From the NCBI RefSeq assembly GCF_009914755.1, contig NC_060929.1: 64,000 bases of DNA. One strand, written 5' to 3'. The DNA is from the human T2T-CHM13v2.0 reference genome, Homo sapiens. A model generated the notes under the pieces. It did not search any database. It was not told the origin of the DNA and saw only the letters and a list, made by a program, of their open reading frames with translations. Below, piece by piece: positions 25,955 through 38,190 of this stretch. Position numbers and translations under genes: made by a program. The first letter of the stretch is position 1; each line of letters begins with the position of its first letter.

Positions 25955-27395
25955 ATAGGTGGGTGATTGAGTAGGTGGTAAATGGATAGATGAATGAATG
26001 GACAGATGGGTGGTGGATGAATAGATGGGTGGATGGGTGGGGGAGTGAGTGGGTGGGTGAGTGAGTGGTTGGGTGGGTAGGTGGGTGGATGGGTGGGTTA
26101 TTGAATAGATGGGTGGATGTGTGGGTGAGTGGATGGATGGGCAGATGGATGGGTGGATAAACAGCAGGTGAATGAGAAGACGAGTGGATGTGTGGATGAG
26201 TGGGATGGGTGAATGTGTGGGTGGATGGATGGATAGATGGACAGGTAGGTGGAGTGTGGGTGGATGTTTAAATGGATTGATGTGTGGGAGGATGAATGGG
26301 TAAGTAGATGGATAGAAGGGTGGGTAGATGACTGAATAAGTGAGTGTGTGGATGGATAGATGGGTAGATGAGCAGATGGGTGGGTAGGTGGTGGATGGGC
26401 AGGGGATGGGTGGGCGGATGGACGAGTGGGCAGGGAGGCAGGTGGTTGGGTGGATGAGTGGATGAGTAGATGAGTGGACAGGTGGATGGGTGGGTGAGTG
26501 GATGAGTGGGTGGCTGAGCAGGTGGATGGATGGGCAGGTGGATGGGTGGATGGGTGGAGAAGAGGATGGGTGGGTGGTGAATGAGTGGGTGGGTGGGCAG
26601 GTGGATGGGTGGGTGAGTGGATGAGTGGGCAGGTGGATGAGTGGGTGAGTGGATGAGTGAGAGAGTAGATGAATGGGCAGGTGGATGGGTGGGTGGGTGA
26701 GTGGACAGGTAGATGGGTGGGTAGGTGGATGAGTGGACAGGTGGGCAGGTGGATGGGTGGGTGAATGGGTGGGTGGGTGGACGATTGATGGGTGGGTGGG
26801 TAGATGAGTGGGTGAGTGGGTAAGTGGATGCGTGGGTAGGTGGATGAGTGGATTAGTGGGTGGGTGGACAAGTGGATGGGTGGGTGAGCGGAAGAGCAGG
26901 TAGGTGGGCAAATGGATGGGTGGGTGAGTGGATGAGTGAGAGAGTAGATGAGTGGGCAGGTGGATGGGTGGGTGAGTGGACAGGTGGATGGGTGGGTAGG
27001 TGGATGAGTGGACAGGTGGGCAGGTGAATGGGTGGGTGGACAAGTGGATGGGTAGGTGGGTGGATGGACAAGTGGATAGGTGGGTGGGTGGGTGGATGAG
27101 TGGGTGGATGGGTGGGTAAGTGGATGAGCAGGTAGGTGGGCAAGTGGATGGGTGGGTGAGTGGATGAGCAGGTAGGTGGGCAGGTGGGTGGGTGGACAAG
27201 TGGATAAGTGGGTGGGTGGATAAGTGAGTGGTTGGACAAATGGATGGGTGGGTGGGTGGATGACTGGGTGGGTGGGTGAGTGGATGAGTGGATGGGTGGA
27301 TGAGTGGGTGGGTAGACAAGTGGATGGGTGGGTGAGTGGATGAGTGGGCAGGTGGGCAGGTGGATGGGCTGGGTGGATGAGTGGATGAATGGGAG
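25955..27395. repeat. About 1.45-kb (GGAT/GGGT/GAGT)n low-complexity tract
   Basis: Strongly G-skewed + strand with recurring ggcaggtggatgggtgggtgagtgga blocks. Confidence 0.96.
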
Positions 27396-28234
27396 AGTGG
27401 AGCTGCTGGTTCTGTGACTTCCTTCAGCATCCTTGCACAAAGGAGCATCAGCCATGGAGCCCTGCCTCTGCTACGATGAGGGCCAGTGGCTAACGGGGCA
27501 GTGGTGCGGTATGACCTGCCCAGATATATGAGTGACTTCCTCACATAGAAAGGGAAGGAAGAAACAGTCTTCCTTGGATTAAGTAACCAACTAAAATATA
27601 ACTTTATAATAATATCTGGCTTTAATAGTTCAGATTTTAACCATTGTATAGAATAAAAGTTGAAGGTATTTTATTGGACAATAGAATGTAGAGTAAACAC
27701 AGCAATGAATAGCACCTGTAGCATTTGTGGCAGAGTCTAACATCAGGGGGCCAAGAGCTTGCCATGGGCGGTTCTGCCTGACAATGAGTGGTGGAATTCA
27801 CGGCTCCCTTTTCTCATGAACACACTCAGCTCCACCTCTCCTCAGAAGGCAATCCTGGTGCCCCTGCTCCCTGACCTGGGGCTGAGGGCCTTACACTACA
27901 GCCTGCTCTTTGGGATGGGCTGCCTGGTACCCGGGATCCTGTTTCTGGGCAGCCGTCACGTCACCCTTCCCCTGGGAGTAAGGATGACTGGTAAATCAAT
28001 GTGTGTGGAATATGTTCTGGTGACATGCACAGCAGGGACACGCAAGGGTGCTTGTGGCTTGGCTGCTCTTCCTGGAAGGAGGCAGAGGTGGGCTCAGCGA
28101 GGTCAAAGGTCAGCAGGGCCATTGTGGGGCTTGGCCTCTGACTGGGTCATCGTGTCCAGTGATGGCCAAGGACAGATAGAGGCAGAGCGGGCCTGACCCA
28201 GGCCCTCCTTGGGCAACGTGGAGGAGCAGGCAGG

Positions 28235-28420
28235 GCCTGATGGACAGGTAGCAGGTGAGCATCAGGTGGGCCTGTGACAGGCAGGTGAGGAATAGGTAGC
28301 ACTGCAGGCAGGCGAAGGGCAGGTGGGCCTGTGGCAGGTAAGTGACAAGTGGTGAGTGACAGGTGGGCCTGCAGCAGGTGAGGGACAAGTGGGCCTGCAG
28401 CCGGTGAACAGCAGGCAGGG
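28235..28420. repeat. Degenerate tandem repeat rich in CAGGTG/CAGGTA
   Basis: Recurring caggtgggcctg and gcaggtgag units. Confidence 0.75.
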
Positions 28421-31364
28421 AGCTGGCATGCTATTGAGGGCTCTGTCTCCTGCGTTGAGGATGAGCTCTCTGCAAATGTCCTGTCGTTGGCCTGGGTGCG
28501 TTTCTTCTCCGCATGTCTCCTCCAGATGAGCTGGAGTGTTTAAATGAAATGAGTCACCTTAACTGACAGTATCTCCCACTTGCTCCCAATCCACAATTTA
28601 TTTGTCTTTTGTGTTCCTTCTTGGCCTTATGGGGGAAGCGTTTTTCTGTCTGTGTTCAGAGCTCATTTTCCTTAATCCTGGATTAGCCTCTTGGCCCTCG
28701 TGGCCCTTTGCTCTATTTTCAAGGGCTCTGATGGCGTTTTTTCTCCTGTGCGGTAATGACAACAAAATAGAGTTTTGTAGAAGCTTCATGGTTTCTTCCA
28801 GGGAATTACACAATCCCAGCATATGTGCCAGGCCTTTACACTCTTTGACATGTTTAGTCTGTTTCTTGTGTTTTGTTTTTGCACTTACAGGAAGAGACTG
28901 CGTGGATATACTGCGTGTTTCAGAGAGAAGGTAGAAGCAGGTCCCGGTTTGGAGGGTCCTAATCCACTGGCCACCTTAACCATGTGGGAAGGAGGGTGGG
29001 TCACGTCTCTCCTGCACTAGACCCTCCCTGGGCCTACCTCATTTATTTTACATGCCTCTCTGTTCCCAGGACATGACCTTCTATGATGAGATACTGTTCC
29101 ATTTGTTAAGGGAAAGAGCCCTAAATTGGGGTTAGCTGAGAGAGTAAATGGAGATGGAGAAGGTCAGCAGCTTAGGACAAAAGGAGTTTTTCGAGCATCA
29201 GGACAAAATAAAGTCACAGTGTTACGGCTGTGTGACCCACTCCTTGTAAGAGTAAAAGGCCAGAGATGTAAAAGTTGAGGTGCTCTCGGCATCCACACCA
29301 GATTTTCCTCTCTGCAATCGCATGCAGATAGAGGATTTCTCACAGTGACCAGCTGGTCTAGGTTTCCTCCAGGCTGGCCAGTCCCACCAGAGTGAGGGTG
29401 CATGGTGACAGAGGCCCCTAGGCTGAGCCGAGGCTGAGCCTGGGTTGGGGGCTTGGCCGACTGCCGGGGCCTGGTTGGTTGGGAAGGCTGCTACTGTCTG
29501 TGGGTCAGGTTTGGGGCCAAGGTGATCTCAGGGGGACCCAAGGCCTCCCCAGCTGAAAGGAGCAGAGTGAGGAACACTGGGTGAGCACTGGTCCACACTA
29601 CAGGCCCGTTTCGCCCTATGACCCTGAAAGGCATGGGCTGAAGCTGCCGGCTGCTCCACATGTCCTGTGTGGACTTCTCAGTAAGGGAGGAGGGCTGTTT
29701 TCTGCTTTGGATCTGCCTGCCTCATGAGGTTGACAATTCGTGGGCCGCACCACCTGTGGGACAGGAGGCAGATCCATCAGGGCCCTGTGGAGATGGCAGG
29801 ACCTGGATGGGTGAGGACCACATGGCCAGAGAGAAAAGCTGATCACAGGGCGGCACCTACAGAGGTGGGACAGGAGGCTCCTGGACTCAGGGGAGGCAGC
29901 GGTGGATGCAAAGTCCAGGTGACCTTAAGAGTTGCCTCTACTGGGAAAAGAAAGAAATGGTGGCTGCCTGATCAGTGCTTGGATTTGTGATGAGCTGATA
30001 TGGGGGACCCTCTGCAAATTCTCACTTCATGGGGGGTCCAGAGCCACGCAATATTACATAGGTTCAGAGGTCAGAAAGCAAGGACTTCATTACACACGGT
30101 TAGTCACAAAGGCATTAATGAGGTGCTAGGAGCTTCCCAGGAACAAAATAGATGGTGGTGACTAGCTCTTTGAAGCTATGAAGGAAGCTGTTTTTTGCTG
30201 AGATGGGTGTGTCATTGCATGAGGAGATGGCAGCAGGAAAAAACCACTGGCCTTTGCTGCCATCATAGCCTCTAACTCCTGGATATCTCCCCTTGGCTGC
30301 TCACCTCAGTGGCTTTTCTCAGAGGAAGGCTCAGAATTTCAGAAGTTGGCTTCACCCCTTCATAGACAATCCAGGGGGGACAAATGGAGGCTTTGGGGTG
30401 CAGGGCGCTTGATGAGTTAATTGCACACGAACATAGAAGATTTGAGCTCCGCACCCACCGGGGCCTGAGCAGACTTCTCCTCCTATTTCCCAGACCTCAG
30501 TTTCACTTCAGCTGAGTATTTTGAAAACAGCCATAGGATCCAGGCTGGTGAGCAGTTGGGATGGAGGAGACAGCATTCCTCCAGCCTTGGAATCTCGATG
30601 AAGTTGCCTCCCCATATGTACAGGAGCGACCTCGCCCCGGGCCTGGGGCTGCGGCATGTCTCTGTGGAGGGGTCAATTTGGTGCCCTTTGGTCCTTCACT
30701 TTCTGCATCATACACTAGCAAATCACTGGCTCTTGGTAGCAAGTTGATATTCAATTGCAGGGGAAGTAAGGAAGAAACGAATCCAAAACATCAAATTTGT
30801 CCAAGAAGTCAGTTTTGTTTTATTGTCTCAAAAACCAGTTTGACCTAGGCTCAAAAAATAATTTGAAAAACTCAAGCTGGAAATGTGCATGCCCAATGCC
30901 CCATCAGGTGGGAAGTGTGTGCTGTCATCTCAGACTTGATAGGACACGACTAAATGGGGGCAGCGGGGAAGGAGCTGAGTGGGGAAGTGCTGCGGGACCT
31001 GGCACTCACCGCTAGCGTTGGTCTGGGATCCGCAGCCTCCCTCGTCACCCCTAACAGCGTCTTCCTCATGTTCTGACAGATGAAGCATCAGATGAATCGA
31101 TGACCTGAGACAACCCTAAGGGACGCCCACCCGCGCTGTCTTTATCCAAAAACCTCTACTGCCTCTATTCTCCCTTAAACACAAAATGTGTTGAAATAAA
31201 TGCCACTACATAATCATATGCACCTATATAAAATGTGCGTATATTATATGAGTATGTGCATATATATTTCATACTCATGTGTGCATGTAGAGGCACCTGC
31301 AGAGCTTCATAATTACATTAATCTATGATTGATTTAATTTTCATTTTCAGAAACACAAAAGTTA

Positions 31365-31655
31365 GGTGGCTCACACCTGTCATCCCAGAACTTTGGGAGG
31401 CTGAGGTGGGTGGGTCACAAGGTCATGAGTTCAAGACCAGCCTGGCCAAGATGGTGAAACCCCGTCTCTACAAAAAATAAAAAAACAAAAATAGCCTGGT
31501 GTGGTGGCAGGTGCCTGTAATCTCAGGTACTCAGGAGGCTTAGGCAGAGAATTGCTTGAACTTGGCAGGCAGAGGTTACAGTGAGCGGAGATCGTGCCAT
31601 ACACTCTAGCCTGGGCAAGAAAGAGTGAGACACCAATTCCAAAAAAAAAAAAAAA
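31365..31655 (+). mobile_element. AluS (Sg-like), slightly 5'-truncated
   Basis: ggtggctcacacctgt...ggccaagatggtgaaacccc...poly-A; TSD-like aaacac.a.a.ttag. Confidence 0.93.
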
Positions 31656-31778
31656 CACGAGAATTAGAGTATTTATTCCAAGGTGATGATAGATTCCCAT
31701 TTAGTTCCAAGTGTTACTGGACCCTCTGTACCTTCCATCCAGCTTCCCCCATGGTAGGACATTGCTTAGCTTCAGTGA

Positions 31779-31886
31779 ATCCACACCAGATCCTCTTCTC
31801 TGCAGCACAGTGAGAGGACTTCTCACTGTGACGTGCAGGTCTAGGTTTCTCCCAGGCCAGCCCAGTCCCAGTGGGGTGAAGGTGCA
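31779..31886 (+). repeat. Diverged direct copy of 29291-29402 inserted in the L1
   Basis: atccacaccagat..tctctgca..gaggac/tttctcac.gtgac..ggtctaggtttc..ccaggc..ccagtccca..gtga.ggtgca is shared by both sites. Confidence 0.85.
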
Positions 31887-31944
31887 GGAAATTGCTATTA
31901 GAACAATCCACGGAGCCTATTCAGATTGGGCCAGTTTTACACGC

Positions 31945-32308
31945 ACATGTATGTGTGTGTTTCCAGTGTGTGTGTGCATGTGTGTATATGTCATGCAGTG
32001 CATGTGTTTGTGTGTGCATCTGTGCATGCATGAACATGTCCGTGTGCACATGTGTATGTATGCACCCCTATGTGTGTGTTTCCAGTGTGTGTACATATGT
32101 GCGTATGTCATGCAATGCATGTATTTGTGTATGCTTGTACATGTGTGAACATGTGTATGCCCATTGTATGTATGCACATGTACGTGTGTTTCCATTCTGT
32201 GTGCACGTGTATATGTCATGTGGTGCATGTGTTTGTGTGCATGTGCACTTGTGCATGTGTGAACATCTGCGTGTACACATGTATGTATGCATGTGCACGT
32301 GTGTGTTT
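31945..32308. repeat. TG/CA-rich tract with about three 110-120-bp higher-order units
   Basis: gtgtgtttcca...atgtcatg...gaacat recurs near 31955, 32074 and 32184. Confidence 0.8.
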
Positions 32309-34700
32309 AGTTCTATGCAGTCTTATTACGCATGCTGATTCTTATCTCCACCACCACCACTATCAACATCCATAGCTGTGGCACCACAAGGGCCTGGAGC
32401 TGTTTCCAGCCACCACCACACCCTGGCTTTCTGCTTTCCTAACCCTGGGAAACCACTAATCTCTTCTTCATCTCTATATTTTCATCATGTTAAGAATGTA
32501 CGATAAATGGAATCATGCAGCATGCAACCTTTTGAGATTGACTTTTTTCACGCAGCGTGATCATCTTGAGTCCCTCCTATTTGCTGCCTGTACCTACCTA
32601 TAGCTTTTTCTTTTCACTGCTCAGTTGTAACCTGCAGTGTGGAGGCACCACCGTCTTGTTAACCTTTCAGTCACTGAAGGTCACATGGGTCATTTCCAGC
32701 TTTTGGCCATTATGAATAAAGCTGCCATAAGTATTTCTGTTACAAGGTTTGTGTGGACATAGAGTTTTATTTTTCTGGAGTAAATTCCCAAGACTGCAGT
32801 TTCAGTGTGGTATGAGAAGTACGTGCATGTTAGTTTTGCAAGATACTGCCCTACTCTTTGGGAGTGATTGCAGCATTTCACATTCTCTCCATCAATGTGT
32901 GAGTGATCCAGTTTCTCCAAGTCCTCACTGGCACTCGAAGTTGTCACTATTTTTTGTATGATTAACAATGAAATTATTCAGAAAAGTGAACATTATACAT
33001 ATCCGTACATTTGGACATCTGCTTTTTTTTAAAAGTGAGGTTTTCCAAGAAATTAAACTTCTATTTATAGTCAGGGATTAGTTTCAACTAGGTAAAGTTT
33101 ATTTACACACCCAAAACAACAGGTCAACCCCAATGGGGGAGACATGAACCAAAGTTTGGCTTCTTGAAGAGAGAAGAATCTGCATAACTGAATTTTCCAC
33201 TTTTCATTGGTTTTCTTCATCAAGGATGAAAAAGGAAATTTTCTCCCAGAGAGTAAAGCTCACTTTAGAATTGGGGACCAGCCTCCTGGGACACTCACCG
33301 CTCACAGGAGACTGAGGGAGTGCTCCGCGAGAGGGATGAGAAGATGCTTCTGGAGTCCTGGATGCCTGTAGACACCTGTCGTTCCTTTATACACATATAG
33401 GGAAACTGAAATATTCAGAGCTCAAAGACCTCACGAGGGAGCTCAGCCAGCAAGGCAGACAGCAGACACTGTGTCCTTGTGTCTGGGATGGCTGCAATTT
33501 GGTGCCCCAGAGGAAAGGTGGCTTTGAAGACCTTTCAGGGCCCCCGTTTTCATACCTGTGCTGGGTCTAGAGATTGGGGATACAGTTGGATGGATCTGCA
33601 AATGGGCCTGCAGACGTGGGTCTGATGCTGGATCCGCAGCAGGGCCTGCACCTTGGGAATGTTTCTTCTGCAGCACAGGCTCCCTTGATTCTCCAGTTAC
33701 AGCTGCAGGGAAGGAGCCACAGGTCGGGCTCTGCTGTCCTGCAAAGAAGACGGGGCAGGTGGAGAGGGGTCCTGCCTTGTCCCCACCGATCCACAGCCAG
33801 GGACCTTCAGAACAGCTGCCAGAATCAGGGATGAAATAGGCCGAGGTGACAACACCCTGCTCTCCTTGCTTTTCAGGGACAGTCATTAAAAATGAAACAA
33901 GGCACAAAGAGGCCCAGAAGGCCCCGTGCTCTCTGCAGATATGAGAGAGAGAGAAGTTCACAACACGTCAGCAACAATATCCATTTGTGTTGATTCCTCC
34001 GACCTGCCCAGTGGCCTTCCTGGCCGGGGCCAAGGAGTATCAGCGAGAGACAACGAGGTGGTGTTTGAAGATACCCTGAGGATGGAGGATGGTCTTGGGG
34101 ACGAGGACTCAGGAAAGACGTCTCTCTTTGCTCATCAATGGGAGGTCTGCCCTGAGCATACTTGGAGAGAAGTTGCAGCCTCGTACCATGAGCCGCAGTC
34201 TGTAGTTGAATGTTTGGAGGTTTTCTCTTTTCCTTTAATAATATATTGATGTGAGCAGCTTGGACATGCCAAACACATTCTCCCCACAAACAGTCAACCG
34301 CTGGGGAGGGCCTCACCGTCTGGCAAAGCATACTCAGGGAGGAGACCTCTCCGGAGCCCTCCCCGGCAGCCTCTTGGTTCTGAGAAAGTGCTGGCTCCAT
34401 AGGCCGACCTCGTCAGCGTTTGTTGGAGAGTGTTTCTTCTGGCTTATGGAAGAAAGCAGCTGCGGGCCATGGCATCAGCGGTCGCCTTTCCAGTGGAATC
34501 CTGCGAGGGCTTTCTTGAGATGACCAAGCTCTAGGAATTTCTGCAGTGGAACTGGCATTGAAATGCTGGGGAGGCCATGAGCCCCAGGGCCAGACCATCA
34601 AGGGGCTTCAATACCAGCCCCTGCCCCCTATGAATGTGTTTGTCCCTGTCCCAGGAGGAAAACTCATTATGTCTTGTATTTTTATTTATACCTTGGGTGG

Positions 34701-35093
34701 TGTACTAGGACATTCTTGCACATAAAGGAATACCTGAGACTGGGTAATTTATAAAGAAAAAAGGTTTACTTGGCGTGTGGTTCCGTGGGCTGTACAAGAA
34801 GCATCGTGCTGACATCTGCTCCGCTTCTAGGGAGACCTGGGGAAAGTTTTACTCACGGTGGAAGGCGAAGTGGGAGCTGGCAGTAACGTGGCGAGTGCAG
34901 GGAGCAAGTGGGCGGAGGAGGAAGTGCCACAAGCCTTTAAACAACCAGAACTCGCGAGAACTCACCATCACCAGGACGGCACCAAGCCTCGCGGGATCCA
35001 CCCCCACCATCCAAACGCCTCCCACCAGGCCCCACTCCAATGCTGGGGACCACATCTTAACATGGGACTTGAAGAAGACATCCAAACTATACG
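34701..35093 (-). mobile_element. MST (MSTB-like) MaLR solo LTR
   Basis: ataaaggaatacctgagactgggtaatttataaagaaa...ctgtacaagaagcat...cctcccaccaggcccca...acatccaaactata. Confidence 0.9.
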
Positions 35094-35336
35094 CAATGTT
35101 TTTTTCAAACATAAATATTGGTTTGCCAAACCTTCCAAGTATAGCTTTAGAAAATTGCCTACTGTAATCCGGGGGCTTAGTGGCAAAAACCACACTGCCT
35201 GGGCTGGGGAGATGGTCCATCCTCTGCCCTCTTCTTGGTGCCTGACCGCCACCGACCCCAAGGTACCCAAGTAAGCCGGATGCCTTCCAGTAAGGCTGGC
35301 CCCAAGGTTTCCAGGTCCTGAGACTTTTAAAAGAAG

Positions 35337-35635
35337 AGCACATTGGGAGACCGAGTGGGCCGATCGCTTGAGCTCAGGAGTCTGAGACCAGCCTGGGCAA
35401 CATGGTGAAATCCCCTCTCTACAAAAAATACAAAAGTTTGCCGGGCCTGTTGATGTGTACCTGTAGTCCTAGCTACTAAGGAGGCTGAGGTGGGAGTATT
35501 ACTGGAGCCTAGGAGATGGAGGTTGTAGTGAGCCAAGATTGCGCCACTGCACTCCAGCCTGGGAGGCACAGCAAGACCCTGTCTCAAAAATAAATAAATA
35601 AATAAATTAATTAATAAAATAAATAAATAAAAATA
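35337..35635 (+). mobile_element. AluJ, 5'-truncated, (TAAA)n tail
   Basis: gatcgcttgagctcaggag...gaggtgggag...gcaagaccctgtctc. Confidence 0.92.
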
Positions 35636-36151
35636 GAAAGAGTATAGAAAAGCTTTGGAATCTATTATCTGTGAACTCCAAAGACATTCGTGGCATAAAG
35701 AAATGTGCATATGCCTTACAAATGGAGATCTTCCCGGAGTCCCAGCAGACAGAGTGGAAGGAGGGAGAGCCGCCTTGTCCGTGGACTCCCAGGTGTGTTT
35801 GTGAGCCTCACAGTTTCCAAGGACCACCTCATCCTGGGTGTTCTGTGTCAGGCTTTCTGGGTGCTGCTGACACACACCGAGGTTTGAGAACTTTAATCTG
35901 GTTCCAGAGCTTACGTTACAGATGATGAAACCACTGCTGCGGACGATGCCTTGGCTAATCAAGGGCACAGGGACCTTCAGTAGCAGCGTGGTGAGTCTAT
36001 TGTGGAATAACAGGGCATGTCTGTGTTGGCCCATGGAGTCCTACTGAGAGTTCTGGGACATGCCACCTCACACTGGTTGAGTGAATAATGGAGCCACAGA
36101 GGGCCAAAGTGGAAGATCCTTGCATCTCCCTGCCCCTGCAGTTCTAGGTCC

Positions 36152-36164
36152 TTTTTATTCTTTC

Positions 36165-36200
<36 letters not shown>

Positions 36201-36486
36201 TTTTTTTAGATGGAGTCTCACTCTTGTCACCCAGGCTGGAGTGCAGTGGCGTGATCTTGGCTCACTGCAACCTCCCCTCCTGGGTTCAAGCAATTCTCCT
36301 GCCTCAGCCTACTGAGTAGCTGGGATTACAGGCACCCACCACCACTCTGGCTAGTTTTTGTACTTTTAGTAGAGACGGGGTTTCGCCATGTTGGCCAGGC
36401 TGGTCTCAAACTCCTGACCTCAGTTGATCTGCCCACCTCGGCCTCCCAAATTGCTGGGATTACAGGCGTCAGCCAGCCTGCCAGCC
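36152..36486 (-). mobile_element. AluSx-like
   Basis: Poly-T followed by a full antisense Alu. Confidence 0.95.
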
Positions 36487-36665
36487 TTCCTTCCTTCCTT
36501 CCTCTCTCTCTTTTCTTTTCTTTCTTTCTTTTCTTTCCTTCTTTTTTCTTTCTTCTCTCTCTCTCTCCCTCCCTCCCTTTCTCTCTCTCTCTCCTGCTCT
36601 TCTTCCTTTCCTTTCCTGTCCTTTCCTTTCCTTTCCTTTTTCCTCTTTTCTTTTCTTTTCTTTCC
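36487..36665. repeat. Polypyrimidine (CTTT/CCTT) low-complexity tract
   Basis: About 180 bp almost purely C/T. Confidence 0.93.
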
Positions 36666-37326
36666 TAGGGAAATACAAGAGATCAAGGAAGAAGGGCTTG
36701 TATTCTGCAAATGCCAGCAGGCATTCCTGGTGTGTGCAGCCAGCAGAGCAGGCTCCTCTTTGGGGCCTGGGCTGGATGCTCATTGTTGGAACATGAGATG
36801 GGACCCATGAGCACGTGAAGCTCCCAAAGACCTGCCGTTCTGCCCAGCTCCCAGCTCCCAAAGACCTGCCGTTCCGCCCAGCTCCCAATCACCCAGCTGA
36901 GGTTGAGGCTGCCCAGTACACATGTGTTCAGCCAGTCCATCTTGCTTTCTCTGTGAGAACATCCTCGGCTCCACATTGGTTCTCAGCTTCACAGTGAGGC
37001 AGCTCTGGGGTCTGTGATTTTCCTGTCCAGCTTGGCCTCAGTGCGGCCAGTGCTTGGTGGGAGAGACCCGCCTCCCTCACGAGGGTGAGAGGGGCTGAGC
37101 TCTCTTCCTCCTTGCGATTTTTCTAACAGGTATGAGTCACCCCCCCAGGAGGGTGATGCCAGGCCCCTGACATCCCCACACCAATTCCCAGAAGCTGGCT
37201 CGACACCCTGGGCAACCCCAGAGATGCTGCCAAAGTCATGGATTCCTGCAGGGCTGAAGGAGCTGCAGGCAGGCCTGGTGCTTCATGCAGGGGCAGCCTG
37301 AGCACCAGGAAGGCGTGGAGTGCCAG

Positions 37327-37485
37327 AGTTGGCCTGTGTCTGTCCCAAGCATGGGGCCTGGACCGGAGTTGGCCTGTGTCTGTCCTGAGCGTGGACACTG
37401 GGCCGGGAGCCGAGTCTGTCCCGAGTGTGGACGCCGGGCCGGGAGCCGAGTCTGTCCTGAGCGTGGACGCTGGGCTGGGAGCTGT
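37327..37485. repeat. 36-40-bp GC-rich minisatellite, 4 copies
   Basis: gtctgtcc.gag.gtggac.c.gggc.gggagc.g repeated. Confidence 0.88.
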
Positions 37486-37934
37486 CTCACTCCATCTCAT
37501 GTGGTCTCAGGGGTCTCTCACCACATGTGCCCTGACATATTAGGGTGTTTAGGGAGCAGCAATGCTTACCTCAGGGCCACTGGCCCCTGGTCGCTTAGCA
37601 GGATGGACATCCCCTGTGTAGGTGCAGGTGTATCTGCCTCCAGAACCCTTAATTCTATCCTGATCAAGTTTGCATTTGTCTGTTAAGTTTGTTATTAAAA
37701 GCAGGTCATCACGAACAAATGGAACTGAGCCTTCTCTTCTTCCTTGTGTGTAATCCCCTGCCCTGGGCCATGAATGAGTCCCATGGGGACAGCAAGTCGA
37801 AGTCCCTTTGGTCACTGGATAGGTCCTGGACACTCAGCTCATGGTTGGTGCAGACTCCTGAGGCCACGTCTCTGCCTCACATGCTCTTGGCTGGCAAAGG
37901 AAGACAGACATTAAGACAGAGAGTACATAGTGTG

Positions 37935-38190
37935 TCTGTCAGCTTTGTCAAAACTCACATGGCTGTAGGCGTGTGGCTTTATTTCTAGACTCTCAATTAT
38001 GTTCCATTGGTCAATGTGCCTGTTTTGGTACCAGTACCATCAAGTTTTGGTTACTGTAGCTTTGTAGAATAGTTTGAAGTCAGTCAAGTAATGTGACACC
38101 TCCAGCTTTGTTCCTCTGGCTTAGGATTGCTTTGGGTATTTAGGCTCTTTTTTTGTTCCATATGAATTTTAGAATAGTTTTTCATAATTC
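37935..38190 (-). mobile_element. Inverted 5' segment of a twin-primed L1
   Basis: Antisense ORF2: gtcagctttgtcaaa...gttccattggtc...ccagtaccat...cctccagctttgttc...ccatatgaattttagaatagtttt. Confidence 0.9.

Larger units (their letters stand above)
31660..32965 (-). mobile_element. Old L1 (L1MC-like) 3' region, with an internal foreign insert and expanded TG tract
   Basis: ccagcttcccccatggta...acaatccacggagcctattcagatt...aaccactaatctc...aaatggaatcatgcagcatgcaaccttttgagattg...ttccagcttttggccattatgaataaagctgc. Confidence 0.8.

Noticed and set aside
25931-27544. 537-aa His/Pro/Thr-rich ORF (and overlapping 257- and 200-aa ORFs)
   Set aside because: Translation of the (CCAT/CCAC)n simple repeat, which lacks stop codons by composition; no domain.
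33926-34249. Acidic 107-aa ORF after a ctctctgcag acceptor-like site
   Set aside because: No recognisable homology and no convincing partner exons.
35327-36034. 235-aa minus-strand ORF
   Set aside because: The C-terminal half is antisense AluJ translation; no gene evidence.
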